Shown here: positions 49,701 to 60,325 of the stretch, piece after piece
Position numbering within the stretch: position 1 is the first letter of the stretch
Layout: each line of letters starts with the position of its first letter
Source: Botryllus schlosseri
Lineage: Eukaryota
NCBI GenBank assembly: GCA_051294905.1
Contig: CM119378.1
Location: 434,001 to 498,000 of the forward strand
DNA: 64,000 bases
Direction: 5' to 3'
Notes under the pieces: model-generated
The model's database searches: none
What the model saw: only the letters and a program-made list of their open reading frames with translations
Told to the model about the DNA's origin: nothing
Translations under genes and position numbers: made by a program

Positions 49701-51261
49701 CGATTACTTCGGAATTTTTTCGAATGTAATCGATTGCGATTACGATTACTTGAAAATGCTGTAATCGATTACGATCACTAATCGCGATTACCCCATGTCT
49801 GGTCATCACCAAAGTCAAATTAAATCAGCGTTAGATTTACCTTCAAATATTTGAACAGATCAATAACAACTTGAAAATAATGAGTACTATGCCATAGCAA
49901 TAGAAAGTCCCATCGCCGAAGAATTCGTTTGTGTTACAGCTGTGAAGCGTAGGCTACGACAACTTTATACTCGCCACATTTACTTGGCGATAATAGCATG
50001 GATAAAGATACCCAAGATGACACAGGATGTAACCAACTATGCATCAAGAGGGCAACATCATGCCAATGGTTGCCATACCGACCTGCTTATATATCTAAAT
50101 AAGCTGCGAAACGCAAGCTACGACCTTTTGATATTTTACTATTTTCCATATCAGTTTGTTGCGTCCGTGGTTGTACCAAGTCATGGCGTTCCGCGTCACA
50201 AAAGTCCTTCTCTGATGGTATCTTTTGACGCGACTCAACTCGAGTCATTTCTATATTATCACCCATTGAGTCCGAGTTCGAGTAATTCTACAAAAGGTCG
50301 CGACCAAGTCAAAATCACAATTTTCGGTACGAATCATCAACGGGTCATGTTTAACCATCATAAACAAGTAATGTCACGTAATAGGTAATCTGCCACTGCG
50401 CCGTAACTTTTGAAAGTGATATAATAGTTAAGTTTGATGAGTAGTTTCTGGCTTCTGGAGTGGTTTTAGAGCGAATTTTCAGTTCTCAAATTAAAAAAAA
50501 ATTGGTAGTTAAATATTGTTGAACACTTCGAAATCCAAAATGCCGTCGCGGGCCGCACAAAATGGTCTCGCGGGCCGCGTGTTTGAGACATCTGGTGTAG
50601 TGCGATGCGGACGGATGAATCTCGCTAATAGGCAACACGCCTTTCGTTAATTGGCTGCGCGCAACACTGATAATTAGGGCAAGTTTTTTTTATAGCTTCC
50701 GGCAGCTTCCTAAATACTCGTAAGATATGTAGAATGCTGTTTTAAGCTGTTTGAAGGAATCTTATAGTGCAACTTTTTGCAACTATTGTCCATTTTTATC
50801 ATGCAACATTTTGCAACTTTCTCGATCTTTCATGAAAGTATTTTCGATTTTGGTGAAATACACGGCCAAATTCGACTGAAACACCGTAAATAAGCACCGA
50901 AGTAACGCCCTACTGATAATATACGACTTATGGAATTGCAACCGAGGATCAGCGTCAGAACCATCATTTGAAAAGGAGGTGGTTTCGCGTTAAAGGAGGG
51001 GATTTTGCCCCCCTCCCCCCGGCTACGCGCCTACTAGTCGTCTCCAATTTTTACAGCCTTGCTCATTTTCTTTGTTTAAATTTTAAAACCGCATGTTTGG
51101 TTCGAAATAAAATTTTGACATTTTTTCAGAGGCCTCAGAGAGTGTTTGTGCCGAACACGTACGTTGTCCCAACCAGCAAGAAAAGGTCGGCTCTGCGTTG
51201 GGAAGTTCGCCATGCTATGGAACGCGGGATGCCCGTGCCTTCGACATTCACTGTTGTCTGA
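34615..51261 (+). CDS. HYLS1: Hydrolethalus syndrome protein 1 homolog (centriole/ciliogenesis), 347 aa, 9 coding exons
   Basis: Exons 34615-34714, 36733-36813, 37146-37207, 37686-37954, 40030-40195, 40252-40306, 41645-41708, 41762-41876, 51130-51261, phase-consistent; motifs EIREQLANLGY, KRKVRR...DES, PGEKSHNALRWEVK, PNTYVVPTSKKRSALRWEVR. Confidence 0.92.
35388..36077. mobile_element. hAT MITE in HYLS1 intron 1
   Basis: cagggacggccaacc / ggttgcc...gccctg; TSD ccctagag vs cccgagag; inverted relative of 38631-39286. Confidence 0.75.
36733..36813 (+). CDS. HYLS1: HYLS1 exon 2
   Basis: DLQRLVEHDRSS; ttttgcag| and |gttggt. Confidence 0.85.
37146..37207 (+). CDS. HYLS1: HYLS1 exon 3
   Basis: tttcag| and |gtgagt; reconciles phases. 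Confidence 0.75.
37686..37954 (+). CDS. HYLS1: HYLS1 exon 4
   Basis: Ends CKRKVRR|gtcggt. Confidence 0.83.
38213..39433. mobile_element. hAT-like MITE with GGAGCC/GGAGCT arrays, containing nested MITE 38631-39286
   Basis: TIR cagggctttggagc / gctccaaagccctg; TSD atcactac; inner TSD atatatac vs atatagac. Confidence 0.9.
39615..39945. repeat. Degenerate minisatellite (about 30-40 bp unit, TTCTAGTTGCGGATTTTGAAAAGT core)
   Basis: Repeated ttctagtt and ttttgaaaagt motifs. Confidence 0.75.
40030..40195 (+). CDS. HYLS1: HYLS1 exon 5
   Basis: KQDNGESAVFDES; aag| and |gtacga. Confidence 0.82.
40252..40306 (+). CDS. HYLS1: HYLS1 exon 6
   Basis: tttcag| and |gtgaga; QLPS joins YIRP. Confidence 0.8.
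41645..41708 (+). CDS. HYLS1: HYLS1 exon 7
   Basis: YIRPNTSHPHTRNLRKIDRVNR. Confidence 0.88.
41762..41876 (+). CDS. HYLS1: HYLS1 exon 8
   Basis: HQQYRDAWNTVKAPGEKSHNALRWEVKAQM. Confidence 0.92.
44308..44673 (+). mobile_element. CAGGGCCGTAAC-family copy, internally deleted
   Basis: caggaccgtaactgccgcacccc start, homologous to 25466 onward. Confidence 0.7.
45265..45310 (-). ncRNA. Type I hammerhead ribozyme copy with GAAA>GAAC core change
   Basis: Minus strand ctgac g TTCGCTA CTGATGA ga gtcag tc GAAC agct tt TAGCGAA. Confidence 0.7.
47100..47910 (+). mobile_element. Diverged CAGGGCCGTAAC-family copy
   Basis: caggtccgtaact start; TSD attcttgc vs attctagc. Confidence 0.65.
48226..49244. mobile_element. 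MITE with GTGAAC subterminal repeats
   Basis: tagggatggtg / cgccatccttg; gtgaacct repeats at both ends. Confidence 0.7.
51130..51261 (+). CDS. HYLS1: HYLS1 exon 9 (last)
   Basis: RPQRVFVPNTYVVPTSKKRSALRWEVRHAM...stop. Confidence 0.93.
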   Translation, partial: RPQRVFVPNTYVVPTSKKRSALRWEVRHAMERGMPVPSTFTVV

Positions 51262-51432
51262 AATCACTGACGCTCTTCTTCCTTTCACTGGAATTCCGTT
51301 CGGATCAAATTTCTGGTCGACATTAAATTGTTAACGTCGCCGTTTAGATTGGGCAAACGGATAGTGCGTTGTAGGTGAAGAGGCAAATGTGTAGTGATGG
51401 TACCACTCTGTGTATTTTCTCCTTCATTTTAT

Positions 51433-51438
51433 AATAAA
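51433..51438 (+). promoter_or_regulatory. Candidate HYLS1 polyadenylation signal
   Basis: AATAAA about 170 nt after the stop. Confidence 0.5.
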
Positions 51439-52087
51439 AATTTTATTGATTGAACCGAGTATTCAATAGATTTTCGGTGCGGTTCAGAGAGCTTTGAGAA
51501 GATTTGGTTGTTATTATTGCGTTAATGGGCCCATATTGGCATGGAGAATCACAGACTGATTGAGGAAATCAGTTCAGCCAGGTGGCTCTCGAACTGTGGG
51601 CCATAATCCAGTGCTAGCCCGCAAAGTAATCAAAACGGATTTTACTGCTTTGTGGCCGGTTTGTTTTGAAAAGCATATTTTAGTAATAATGGTGGTGAAC
51701 ACATGGATATCCAGTCCACCAACCATATTATAAGTTAATTCAGTAGTGCGCGTGTGTGGCTTACGTTGAGACCAGTTCTATTGAATTTCGCGATCAAATG
51801 TCCAGATATAAAAATACCTATTTTTTTACGGAAATAAAAATGTTTTGAGCCATGAATTACTCTTGAATAGCCTATACACTTGCGTCTCAGACAAATAAGT
51901 TTGGAAGCCCTTGACTTGCAATCGCATTGTACATTATCCTCTGTATATATTCCGTGCCCACAAACAGCAAGAAAAAAATCTAATTGGCAACGATGTTGGA
52001 GGGCGGGTTAACCCAATACTACTACTGTGACACACAGCTCCAGCCATTATCGGATTTGGATGGAGAGATGCGTAGCTTGGCGTATAC

Positions 52088-53008
52088 CAGTGGTTCCCAA
52101 CCTTTTTCGACTCATCACCAATGTTCCCTCTAATTTTTGACGAGTCTGCGCAAACCCACCAACTCACTGCGCGGGCACTTGGGCAGCAGTGCGCAACGAC
52201 TAAAAAAAAGGTCATCACTTCGAATTTTTTGTGTGCAACTTGGATTTTATGTGTGCAGAGACCGTGTCAGTACTGTGCATTTGCGCACGTGCGCAGCTTA
52301 GAGGGAACATTGCTCATCACCCCCTTTTGAAACTTCGTACCGATCATCGCCCCCCAAATGTTGGGAACCGAAAAATGGGCATACAAAATGCGATCACCGG
52401 CGAGTTGACCACAAAAAGGTCAACTTTTCGGCTCAACCTCAAAATTACACTATTCCAGCTAAATTTTCGTGAGTTGACTAAAAAACGGTCATTTCTCCGA
52501 CTTGACTGCCAACAGGACCGTAACAGCACTTCTTCGGCTCCTCCAAAAAACGTTGGTCTTGGGCCCCCATGGTGATAAATCAAACCCCAGGCACCCCTCA
52601 ACCAGTGGGCTTTACGTCGCTACATATCAGCTATACCCTATTTCATGTACTGTTTGGTGAGTCAATGTATTTCGCGAGTATATCGGAGTTTTCGGTCAGC
52701 ACAAGGGCATTCCTTTTCGGCCAGGGTCTTCTCGCTGCCGATCGTCCTATGGCACACTTCTTGGAGTCGCATGTTACATGGCCTCTAATTTCATATGTCT
52801 TCGTGCGTCGTGGCGCAGTAATGACCGACGCCGAAGTTGCGTATGTTTGCTGGGGATGGGGGGGTTTAATCGCGGCCAGCGCGAAAAATTTTCGAAAAAG
52901 TTGCATGGGTTTGTAAAAAATTACTCTATAATTTATGTTAATTCACGAAATAATTTTAGCGACCCTTCGAGTTCGGTCCCCCAAATAGCCCACATTTTGA
53001 AACCACTG
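52088..53008. mobile_element. hAT MITE with nested 52119-52312 MITE and an inverted CAGGGCCGTAAC-family fragment
   Basis: Outer cagtggtt / aaccactg, TSD gcgtatac vs atgtatac; inner caatgttccctcta / tagagggaacattg, TSD ctcatcac. Confidence 0.8.
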
Positions 53009-54289
53009 ATGTATACGGATCAGAGGTTAGTCATCGTTGGGACTGAGGTAGAGGTAACGCCGTCAATATCTTGTCGAGTACATATATTTTCAAGGAACCG
53101 AAAAGGTAAATATTCTAGGCCTAGTTTTTCTAAAAAAGTGGAGTCGAGATACAACTATAGTCTAAAATCATAAACACTCAAAGAAGTAAGTAATTCGTGT
53201 TGACAAAATCTACGCAAAGTAAACATTCAAGCATAAATTGCCCCAGATACACGTCAGTAACGAATTATTTATATTTTTTGCAGACTACTCAAGTATGTTT
53301 TGCCTTCTTGCTCTACTTAGTCAACTGCTTGCATTATTCAGACTACTTCTACTTAAGTTTTTCTATCCATGACCATGAGCGACCATCTTATTTTTACGCA
53401 ATGATTTTTGAACAGAGCTGATGCCTACTTGCATCACTGGATGAAGTGTTTCATGATTTAGGCTACCCAACAGTTTTAGGCCTATAGAATACTCACATCA
53501 TTAACTTGGAAATAGCTCATTCTATTTGTACTTAAATTTATGTCGTAACTTCTACGTGTAATTGGTTATCAACGACGACTACTTGAAACCACCTCTGGTC
53601 TTCGATATTCCTCTAATTATAGGCGTCGGCAATGCATTGCGAAGATCGAGCATTTTTTATGCAATACAAAACCACAGTTAACACATGACATCGAAGTAAA
53701 CTTTTTGAAAGTCAATTTCGTGCACTAGAAATTTAGAATTACGTCAATCGGCACTCGGGCAAAAATGCGAATCTGGACCCGATCGTGTTTCGGAGAAACC
53801 TGCCCGATTTCTGTTTGGATAGAATCCAAAACACCAAGCATCACACTAAATATATTCCAGAAGCGAATTTGGATTTGAAAATATTAAATCTACTCATCGC
53901 TGGTTTAATAAAACCCACAGGACTTGGGACGGATATTCCCCATTCACAGTACATAGGTCTAGTGAAGCAATCCCCGACGCATTTTTAAATAATTATTAAC
54001 GAGAGTCTTTATTTTTCATCGAACCAAAATACATAACAAACGGCAGTGATGGTGGTACAGAAAATATGCGTGCACAGTATTCGGTATTAGATAGGAATGA
54101 TCGATAAGACCGTGAAGGTCATCTAGTCTGATCACACCAGCATCAAACAGGTACACTTGACTCAGAACAGTCTGGCTGTAAAAAAATGTTTAGTTAAGAA
54201 AGGAAAATAGAAAAAAAATTAAACAATGGTAGCAAATGATCAATGACGCAATGTCTGGGCGAGGTAGGGTAACAGTGTTAGTGTAACGA

Positions 54290-54960
54290 CAAGATGTGAT
54301 CAAGTAGGGCTTTTTTGAATCTATTATAAGGCAATTCACGGATATGTGATGGTAATGCATTCCAGATGATAGGTCCCGAGTAGTCGATAGATCTCTTAGT
54401 TAGGTTGCTATTGGGTTGGGGCAAGTAGACGTTTCCTTTAGACGAAGATCTCGTGTAATGGGAATGGACATGTTTAGCAGGTATGAAAAAGTCATCAAAC
54501 GCGGGTCTGTGCCCGAGTTTATCATTCCCCGTGTATTTAGTTAGCTTGCATAACTATGTATTGAAGCCTCTTCCACCCTCTAAGCAAAGATATAAAGTTT
54601 TTTCATGTTCGAGAGCGTAGATATCAGCGATTTCCAAACTGAGCGCTGCAACAGATTCTCAGGTGCGCGGCGAATATTTTTGAAACTTAATTGTGAAAAA
54701 ATTGTATCAATATTTAAAATAAGGCAGGCAGATAAGGACAGGCAACTTAAAGAGCTCGAACTACTCCAATATAGGCTACTCGAGCAATGATATGAAACCG
54801 ATTACCAATATGACGATAGAGAGGGCTGGCACTCTGATATGCCGTGACAGCATGGGTTTGGATATGGCAGAGACTTGCAATCAGGCAAACAAGGCATAGT
54901 GCCTGAACTTTTGTCAGGATGAGTAAGAGATAATTATGAAAACCTCTCATTACTAGTATT
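54290..54960 (-). pseudogene. Decayed CR1/L2-like LINE RT C-terminus
   Basis: Minus-strand ...TKRSIDYSGPIIWNALP resembles the end of the 32118 ORF; many disruptions. Confidence 0.6.
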
Positions 54961-55201
54961 GCTCTTTTATGTCTATTTTGTTGAGGGATTACTTTCTACA
55001 ACCAAAATCACGCATTTTTTTAAAATTCAATGGTCAAGAATATAGTAGTCCCCGACCGATATTGGATTTTTGGGCCGAATGGAGTGTCAACAGTATGACT
55101 ATGGACCTGACTCAAACTATAGGATTCGACTTGACTCGTGTTGAGACTATGGCCTAAAGAATGTCACTCGGAATCTTGTGACTATATAGTATAGGTTACA
55201 A

Positions 55202-56085
55202 CAGTGGTTCCCAACGTGGGCGTTATCGCCCCCCAGGGGGCGATTTGGCGGTCTAGGAGGGCGAAAATAACGAAGGGGGCGATAGGGGGGCGAAAAGGGA
55301 CGAAGGGGGTGATAGGGGGCGAAAACAACGAAGGGGGCGATGGCGCGTTAAAACGGCTATATTGGAGTCGGGACCGTAACTATTGCACCCCAAACCCCCC
55401 AATTGGGGGTGGGAGCCCGAAATCGAAGGAAGCTCAAAATTCTTTCGTTAATTAACATGAATGATAGAGTAATTTTTTAGAAATTCATGCAACATTTTCA
55501 AAAATTTTTCGCGCTGTGCGCGATTTCATATTTTCATGTATCTTGATGTTGTGGTCCCCATCACCCAACAAAAATACGCATGATTTATGGAAATGGGAGA
55601 CTTCAGGGTCGGCCATTACTGCGCCACGACGCACCAAGACATATGAAGTTAGAGGCCATGTAACTATGCGACTCCGAGAAGTGTGCCAGAACGATTAGAA
55701 GCGAGAAGACCGAAAACTTCGATATTTCTACATATATGTTTAATTGTCCATAGGTGCCTCAATGGCTGGCGTCGAATGTTCCTGTCCTGGCGACCTTAAC
55801 CCTACAGGACAAATGCCATCCCGCAAGGAAAAAATTATTTGCCAGTAAAGAAATACCAATATGAAATCATGAGCGTCTTTTAGTTTGGTACGTTTTGACG
55901 ATTTCCATATCTTCTGACATAGCAGATATAGGAGGTCACGAAATAGCATCATGTATCAAGAAGTCGATATAACAACGATTCCGCACGAAGATGTTTAATC
56001 ATTATTTAGTGGTCCTATCTTTTCCAACATACCACATCGACCATATTGACCGATTCAAACATGAATTATATAAATTTGGCGCGTT
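55202..56085 (+). mobile_element. hAT MITE left end with GGGGCGA repeats followed by a truncated CAGGGCCGTAAC-family copy
   Basis: cagtggttcccaac at 55202; 55369-56085 homologous to 18281-19090. Confidence 0.7.
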
Positions 56086-56652
56086 TAGGACTCACTCTAA
56101 GTGCAAAACATTTTGGATTTGAAGTTGTCAGTATCAGTATCAATTCCAGAAATGTCTTTCCTAAGCTGTAAAATTAAAGGGATTGACGATGGCATACATC
56201 TTGAACATTTTTCTTCGCGTTTTGCACGTTTTAGTTGAACTGGATTGGTTTAACAGAGCAAAATATAGCAATAATCCCAAGCCTATTAGCATTTATGTAC
56301 GATTGCAGGAATGGCATCCTAATATTGTATGAGGCCGTTTGGTGTACAGCCTGTGGGAGCCGGACTATTATCAGGAACCAGCATTATTGCAAAATACCAA
56401 GCAAATATTACAGTGTTGTAGTGAGATATCGTCGTATAGTACAATCTAGCTGCACCACCAATGAGTTGTGGGGCTGGATTCTATAGTCCGACCTAGGTCG
56501 ACTGCAGAATTTCTACCTAAGTGTTGGACGATTATTTATAGGCTCCTCCTCGCCATCCCACCCGTTGTAAGTTGTGCAAAAGTTTAGCACTTAACGATAG
56601 ATACGCTTAGGCGTACAGAACATCATATCACATTTGAATAATGTATTGATAT

Positions 56653-56705
56653 TTATTGCCGAAGCTTTTCGGCTGACACTCGTCAGGGGATACCGTCAGC
56701 AATAA
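56653..56705 (-). ncRNA. Type I hammerhead ribozyme motif, second subfamily
   Basis: Minus strand ttatt gctgac ggtatccc CTGACGA gt gtcagc c GAAA agct tc ggcaataa; core intact, stem I weak. Confidence 0.62.
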
Positions 56706-57029
56706 TGCGAGCTTCCGAATAAATATGTTTAACACCAATATATATATCAATTATGACGTCAGTATAAGCTAGAAAAAACGAGAGAATTGTAGCGTTGGCA
56801 CGGATAACGATATACATGACAGTAACATTACCAATGCCGGTTGACTAGATACTATGTAAAAATAACTCCGGACTCTCATCAACTCCTATAAATAATTATC
56901 ATTTCAACAGACGCTGCTCCAGATAGCGCTAGCTTTTGAGAGTAAAAATTGAGATTCTCTTTTTATTGCATCGCAATCTGGTTGTGTATGAAACTGATAG
57001 AATTATTGGAACTGATCATCAGTTCGTAT

Positions 57030-58153
57030 CAGTGGTGCCACTCCTAGTGTTTTAACACTAGATCTAGTGTTTTTTCGGTCGTCCTAGTGTTCTAGTGTTT
57101 TTTTTCGCAAAAGTTTGCCAATCTAGTGTTTTTCTGCATTTGTGCGAACAATGAATATTCTAAAGTTAGACTACTAAATAATACGCTAAATTATCGCTGA
57201 TAAGGCGATTTAGTGTCTCTGGCTGTGTTTGTTTTCAATAATTCTATGTGGTGGTGCAGTAACAAGCAATTATTACGTAACAGGGTGCGCTGTGAATCCG
57301 TACTTATGAGCGAAAGTCTCTGACAAAATGAAGAGCGATTTCGCTCTGATGCTCTGTCGTTTTTTGTTGAACTCAGTCTGCAGATTCGGGCAAGATTTTC
57401 ATTTGCCGAGGACAGCATACTTGAGTGTATAGAATCCGTTAACAGCCTAATCAACACAAAGAATAGTAAAATCAATCATTCCTCTAGCTGTGCAATTTCC
57501 CTCTGTGATATTATTTGATGAGCTTGATGATTTGTCGGAAGAATGGGCTGCTTTGGCATGATCGCAAAATGAGTTGCAGGTGCCCTCCAACAGAATTTTT
57601 GCAAAAATTGAAATCTGTGCACAATGCGTTTGGTGAATCAAAATTCCCTTTACTGGGGAAGCTCATGACGAATCTCTTAGCATTGCCACATTCCACTGCA
57701 TTCGTGGAAATGAGGTATGCTGCACATGGACATGAACACCCCCCATTGTTTGGTTGAAGATGTACGGTAGTGAGCAAGATGCCACACAAAAGATACGCAT
57801 GTTTGATGGATGGTGTACAATCGAATGATAAATTTTTATGACCCCGTACAATTCGAAAGCGACAATATTTGATTTTTTTTTTTGCGCTATTGAATTAATT
57901 TCATTAATTTTCATGCAGTATTATCAATTCGTTTCATTAATTATCGTCGAATAATCATGCAGTATATCATGCATATGTATCGAATTTATGTGCGGAACAC
58001 TTCTTATCTATGGATTTGTACCTTGGTCATCATGATTACTTGGCAACGGCAAATTTTTCCAGCAATTTACTAATCTAGTGTTTTTTTCGCCAATCTAGTG
58101 TTTTTTCACGACATAATCTTGTGTTTTTCCTGGAACCTAGAGTGGCAACACTG
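57030..58153 (+). mobile_element. Deleted hAT element with transposase C-terminal relic and CTAGTGTTTT repeats
   Basis: cagtggtgccactc / gagtggcaacactg; TSD gttcgtat; KFPLLGKLMTNLLALPHSTAFVE at about 57640-57710. Confidence 0.88.
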
Positions 58154-58444
58154 GTTCGTATAGTATAGACCACTGGTTCTCAACCTTTTTCACTTCGCAG
58201 ACCGGTAAAATTACGAAAGATATTTGGCGGGCCGGTAGACCCTAAAATTGAGATCAACCCCAAATGTAATGTATGCAGCCGTTTTTCTGCAAGTATGTCT
58301 CTAGAGCAGTGGTTCTCAAGCTTTTTCACTGTGGGAGCCATTTTATGAACCTCAACTCTGTCGGGAGCCGCATGATGGCACGAATAACGTAATTTATTGA
58401 GAATAGAAAAATATCATCAAAAATGGTATCAACGAAATGGTGTA

Positions 58445-58560
58445 CGGCTAAAATAGCGACGGCCTTAATAGCGACGGCCAAAACACCGACTGGCCACAAC
58501 AGCGACGGCCATAACAGCGACGGCCAAAACCGCGATTGGCTCAAACAGCGACGGCCAAAA
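58445..58560. repeat. Short tandem repeat (A)GCGACGGCC
   Basis: About six imperfect 15-bp units. Confidence 0.7.
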
Positions 58561-58731
58561 CAAATACGACAATTTCCCCAGACGACACTGTGACAGCGGG
58601 CACTCCCCATACGGACAACTTCCGAAACGACGTTACCCAGCCACGTCCCTTCACCGATGGTATACCGAGGTATACCCTTCACCGTTGAAGCCGATTGCGG
58701 ATGATTTACAATTTACATTCTTCCAGATAGT

Positions 58732-58875
58732 AAATAGATAGTGATCACCACAGATTTAGCGTCACAACATGTTTATTGAGACTTAATCCACAATCTTTCT
58801 GAGTTCCGAGAGCATGTGAATTGAGTTTGGATGAACAAGGCGTGACGCTAAATCTGTGGTGATCACTATCTATTT
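58732..58875. repeat. Small hairpin element with about 34-bp perfect inverted arms
   Basis: aaatagatagtgatcaccacagatttagcgtcac / gtgacgctaaatctgtggtgatcactatctattt. Confidence 0.85.
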
Positions 58876-58881
58876 TGCAAC

Positions 58882-60297
58882 TTAGTGCGAAACTTGAAAT
58901 TGAATTTGATTTTTCACAAGTTTGTCATAACGAGGTTTCATCGTGGAGGAAGCTGTGCACAAGAGCTGTTTCAGATGACGATCAGTCAATCGGTTGCGAT
59001 ATTTGCTTTTGATCCTCACTAATTTGCTGAAAAGGGCTTCACATACATAGGTTGAACCGAACATGCAGGCATTCTTCGATGCGTTAGCTATCAGGTTGGG
59101 GTATTTTTCTTCAGGAACAGCACCCCAAAATTCAAGGAGTCCATTGCTTTGAAACAACAGTCGCAATTCTATATCGGACTGCAAGTCCAGCAGTTCCATC
59201 TGAAAAATATCAGGGGCAGTGGCGGCATCTACTGCCATTGGGTTTGAAAATATATTCATCAGGGGTACGGAATGATGCATTCCCTCTATTCGACGTTTAA
59301 ACCCGTCAATCAAGGTACTAATAACCTGGTCATATGTTTTGAATGATCCATTCTGTCGGTGGTTTGAAAGCGTTACAAAATGTGTCGTAACACCCTCCTC
59401 TAGGTGCTTTCTCCAAAGACACAATTTCTCAATGAAACCAGACACTGTCCCGTACCAGGCGTGACAGAGCTTGTTATTTCCTTGTAAGTTCCGATTTAGT
59501 GACGACAGGTGTGAGGTAATATCCACCATGAACGCCAAGTCAGCAACCCAGTGTTCGTTTCCCAACTGAGGGATGTCTTTCTTTCCTTCGACAAATATTT
59601 TAATCTCAGGAAGTAGCGCGTAAAATCTTTTGAGGCATGCAGCTCGGCTTAGCCATCGTACAGCGGTGAACATGATCAAGTCTCCATGGTCAGCATCAAT
59701 ATCGGTGAGAAAAGCCTTGAATTTTCGATGGTTAAGTGCGTTTGCTCGAATCCAATTTACGGTCGATATTACTATATCTGTCACATTGGACATCTTTAAT
59801 GATTTAGCAACAAGACTTTCCTGGTGTATAATGCAGTGTTGCCAAGTCACAGCGTCAAGATTCTGTTCAGCACGCCATTTGTTGACGAGTCCTTGAAGAC
59901 CTAGATTTTTGCCGAGCATTGCTGGGCAGCCATCTGTCGCCAATGAATATAATTTCGATGGGTCTAAATGCGCTTCTTGAAGAGTAGCATGAAATTCACG
60001 AAACATGTCGGTTCCCTTCGTTGTGCCATGAATAGATCGCAAAGTAAGAAACTCCTCGCAAATCTTGAAATCTGGCATGACTCCCCGGATGAATACAGCT
60101 AATTGCTCTATGTCGGTAATGTCGTTAGTGCTGTCAAGAGCAAGCGAGTAGTAAGAAAAATCTTGCGACTTGTGAATAAGTTGCTCATGCAGATCTTGGG
60201 ATATGCAATCGACACGACGCGTTACTGTATCATTGCTAAGCTGCAATTTTTTAGCTTTCTGCTGAATGGCAGGAGAACAATTGTCTTCGGTAAACAA
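58882..60297 (-). CDS. hAT Charlie/Buster-type transposase (GTF2IRD2/EPM2AIP1-like), 5'-truncated open frame
   Basis: SLALDSTND, ATDGCPAM, HCIIHQE, VRWLSR, FGSTYVCEALFS, C-terminal QVSH; TIR-like cagtggttctcaa at 58307. Confidence 0.9.
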   Translation of the reverse strand: MFTEDNCSPAIQQKAKKLQLSNDTVTRRVDCISQDLHEQLIHKSQDFSYYSLALDSTNDITDIEQLAVFIRGVMPDFKICEEFLTLRSIHGTTKGTDMFREFHATLQEAHLDPSKLYSLATDGCPAMLGKNLGLQGLVNKWRAEQNLDAVTWQHCIIHQESLVAKSLKMSNVTDIVISTVNWIRANALNHRKFKAFLTDIDADHGDLIMFTAVRWLSRAACLKRFYALLPEIKIFVEGKKDIPQLGNEHWVADLAFMVDITSHLSSLNRNLQGNNKLCHAWYGTVSGFIEKLCLWRKHLEEGVTTHFVTLSNHRQNGSFKTYDQVISTLIDGFKRRIEGMHHSVPLMNIFSNPMAVDAATAPDIFQMELLDLQSDIELRLLFQSNGLLEFWGAVPEEKYPNLIANASKNACMFGSTYVCEALFSKLVRIKSKYRNRLTDRHLKQLLCTASSTMKPRYDKLVKNQIQFQVSH

Positions 60298-60325
60298 AAC
60301 AATAGCCTGCTTCTAGAGTCTAGAG

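Larger units (their letters stand above)
46761..49801. mobile_element. hAT-like element with (CGATTA)n subterminal arrays
   Basis: cagacatggggt / accccatgtctg; TSD gtcatcac. Confidence 0.9.
46305..50594. mobile_element. hAT element (outer layer of nest in HYLS1 intron 8)
   Basis: cagaggtctcaaac / gtttgagacatctg; TSD gtgtagtg. Confidence 0.88.
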
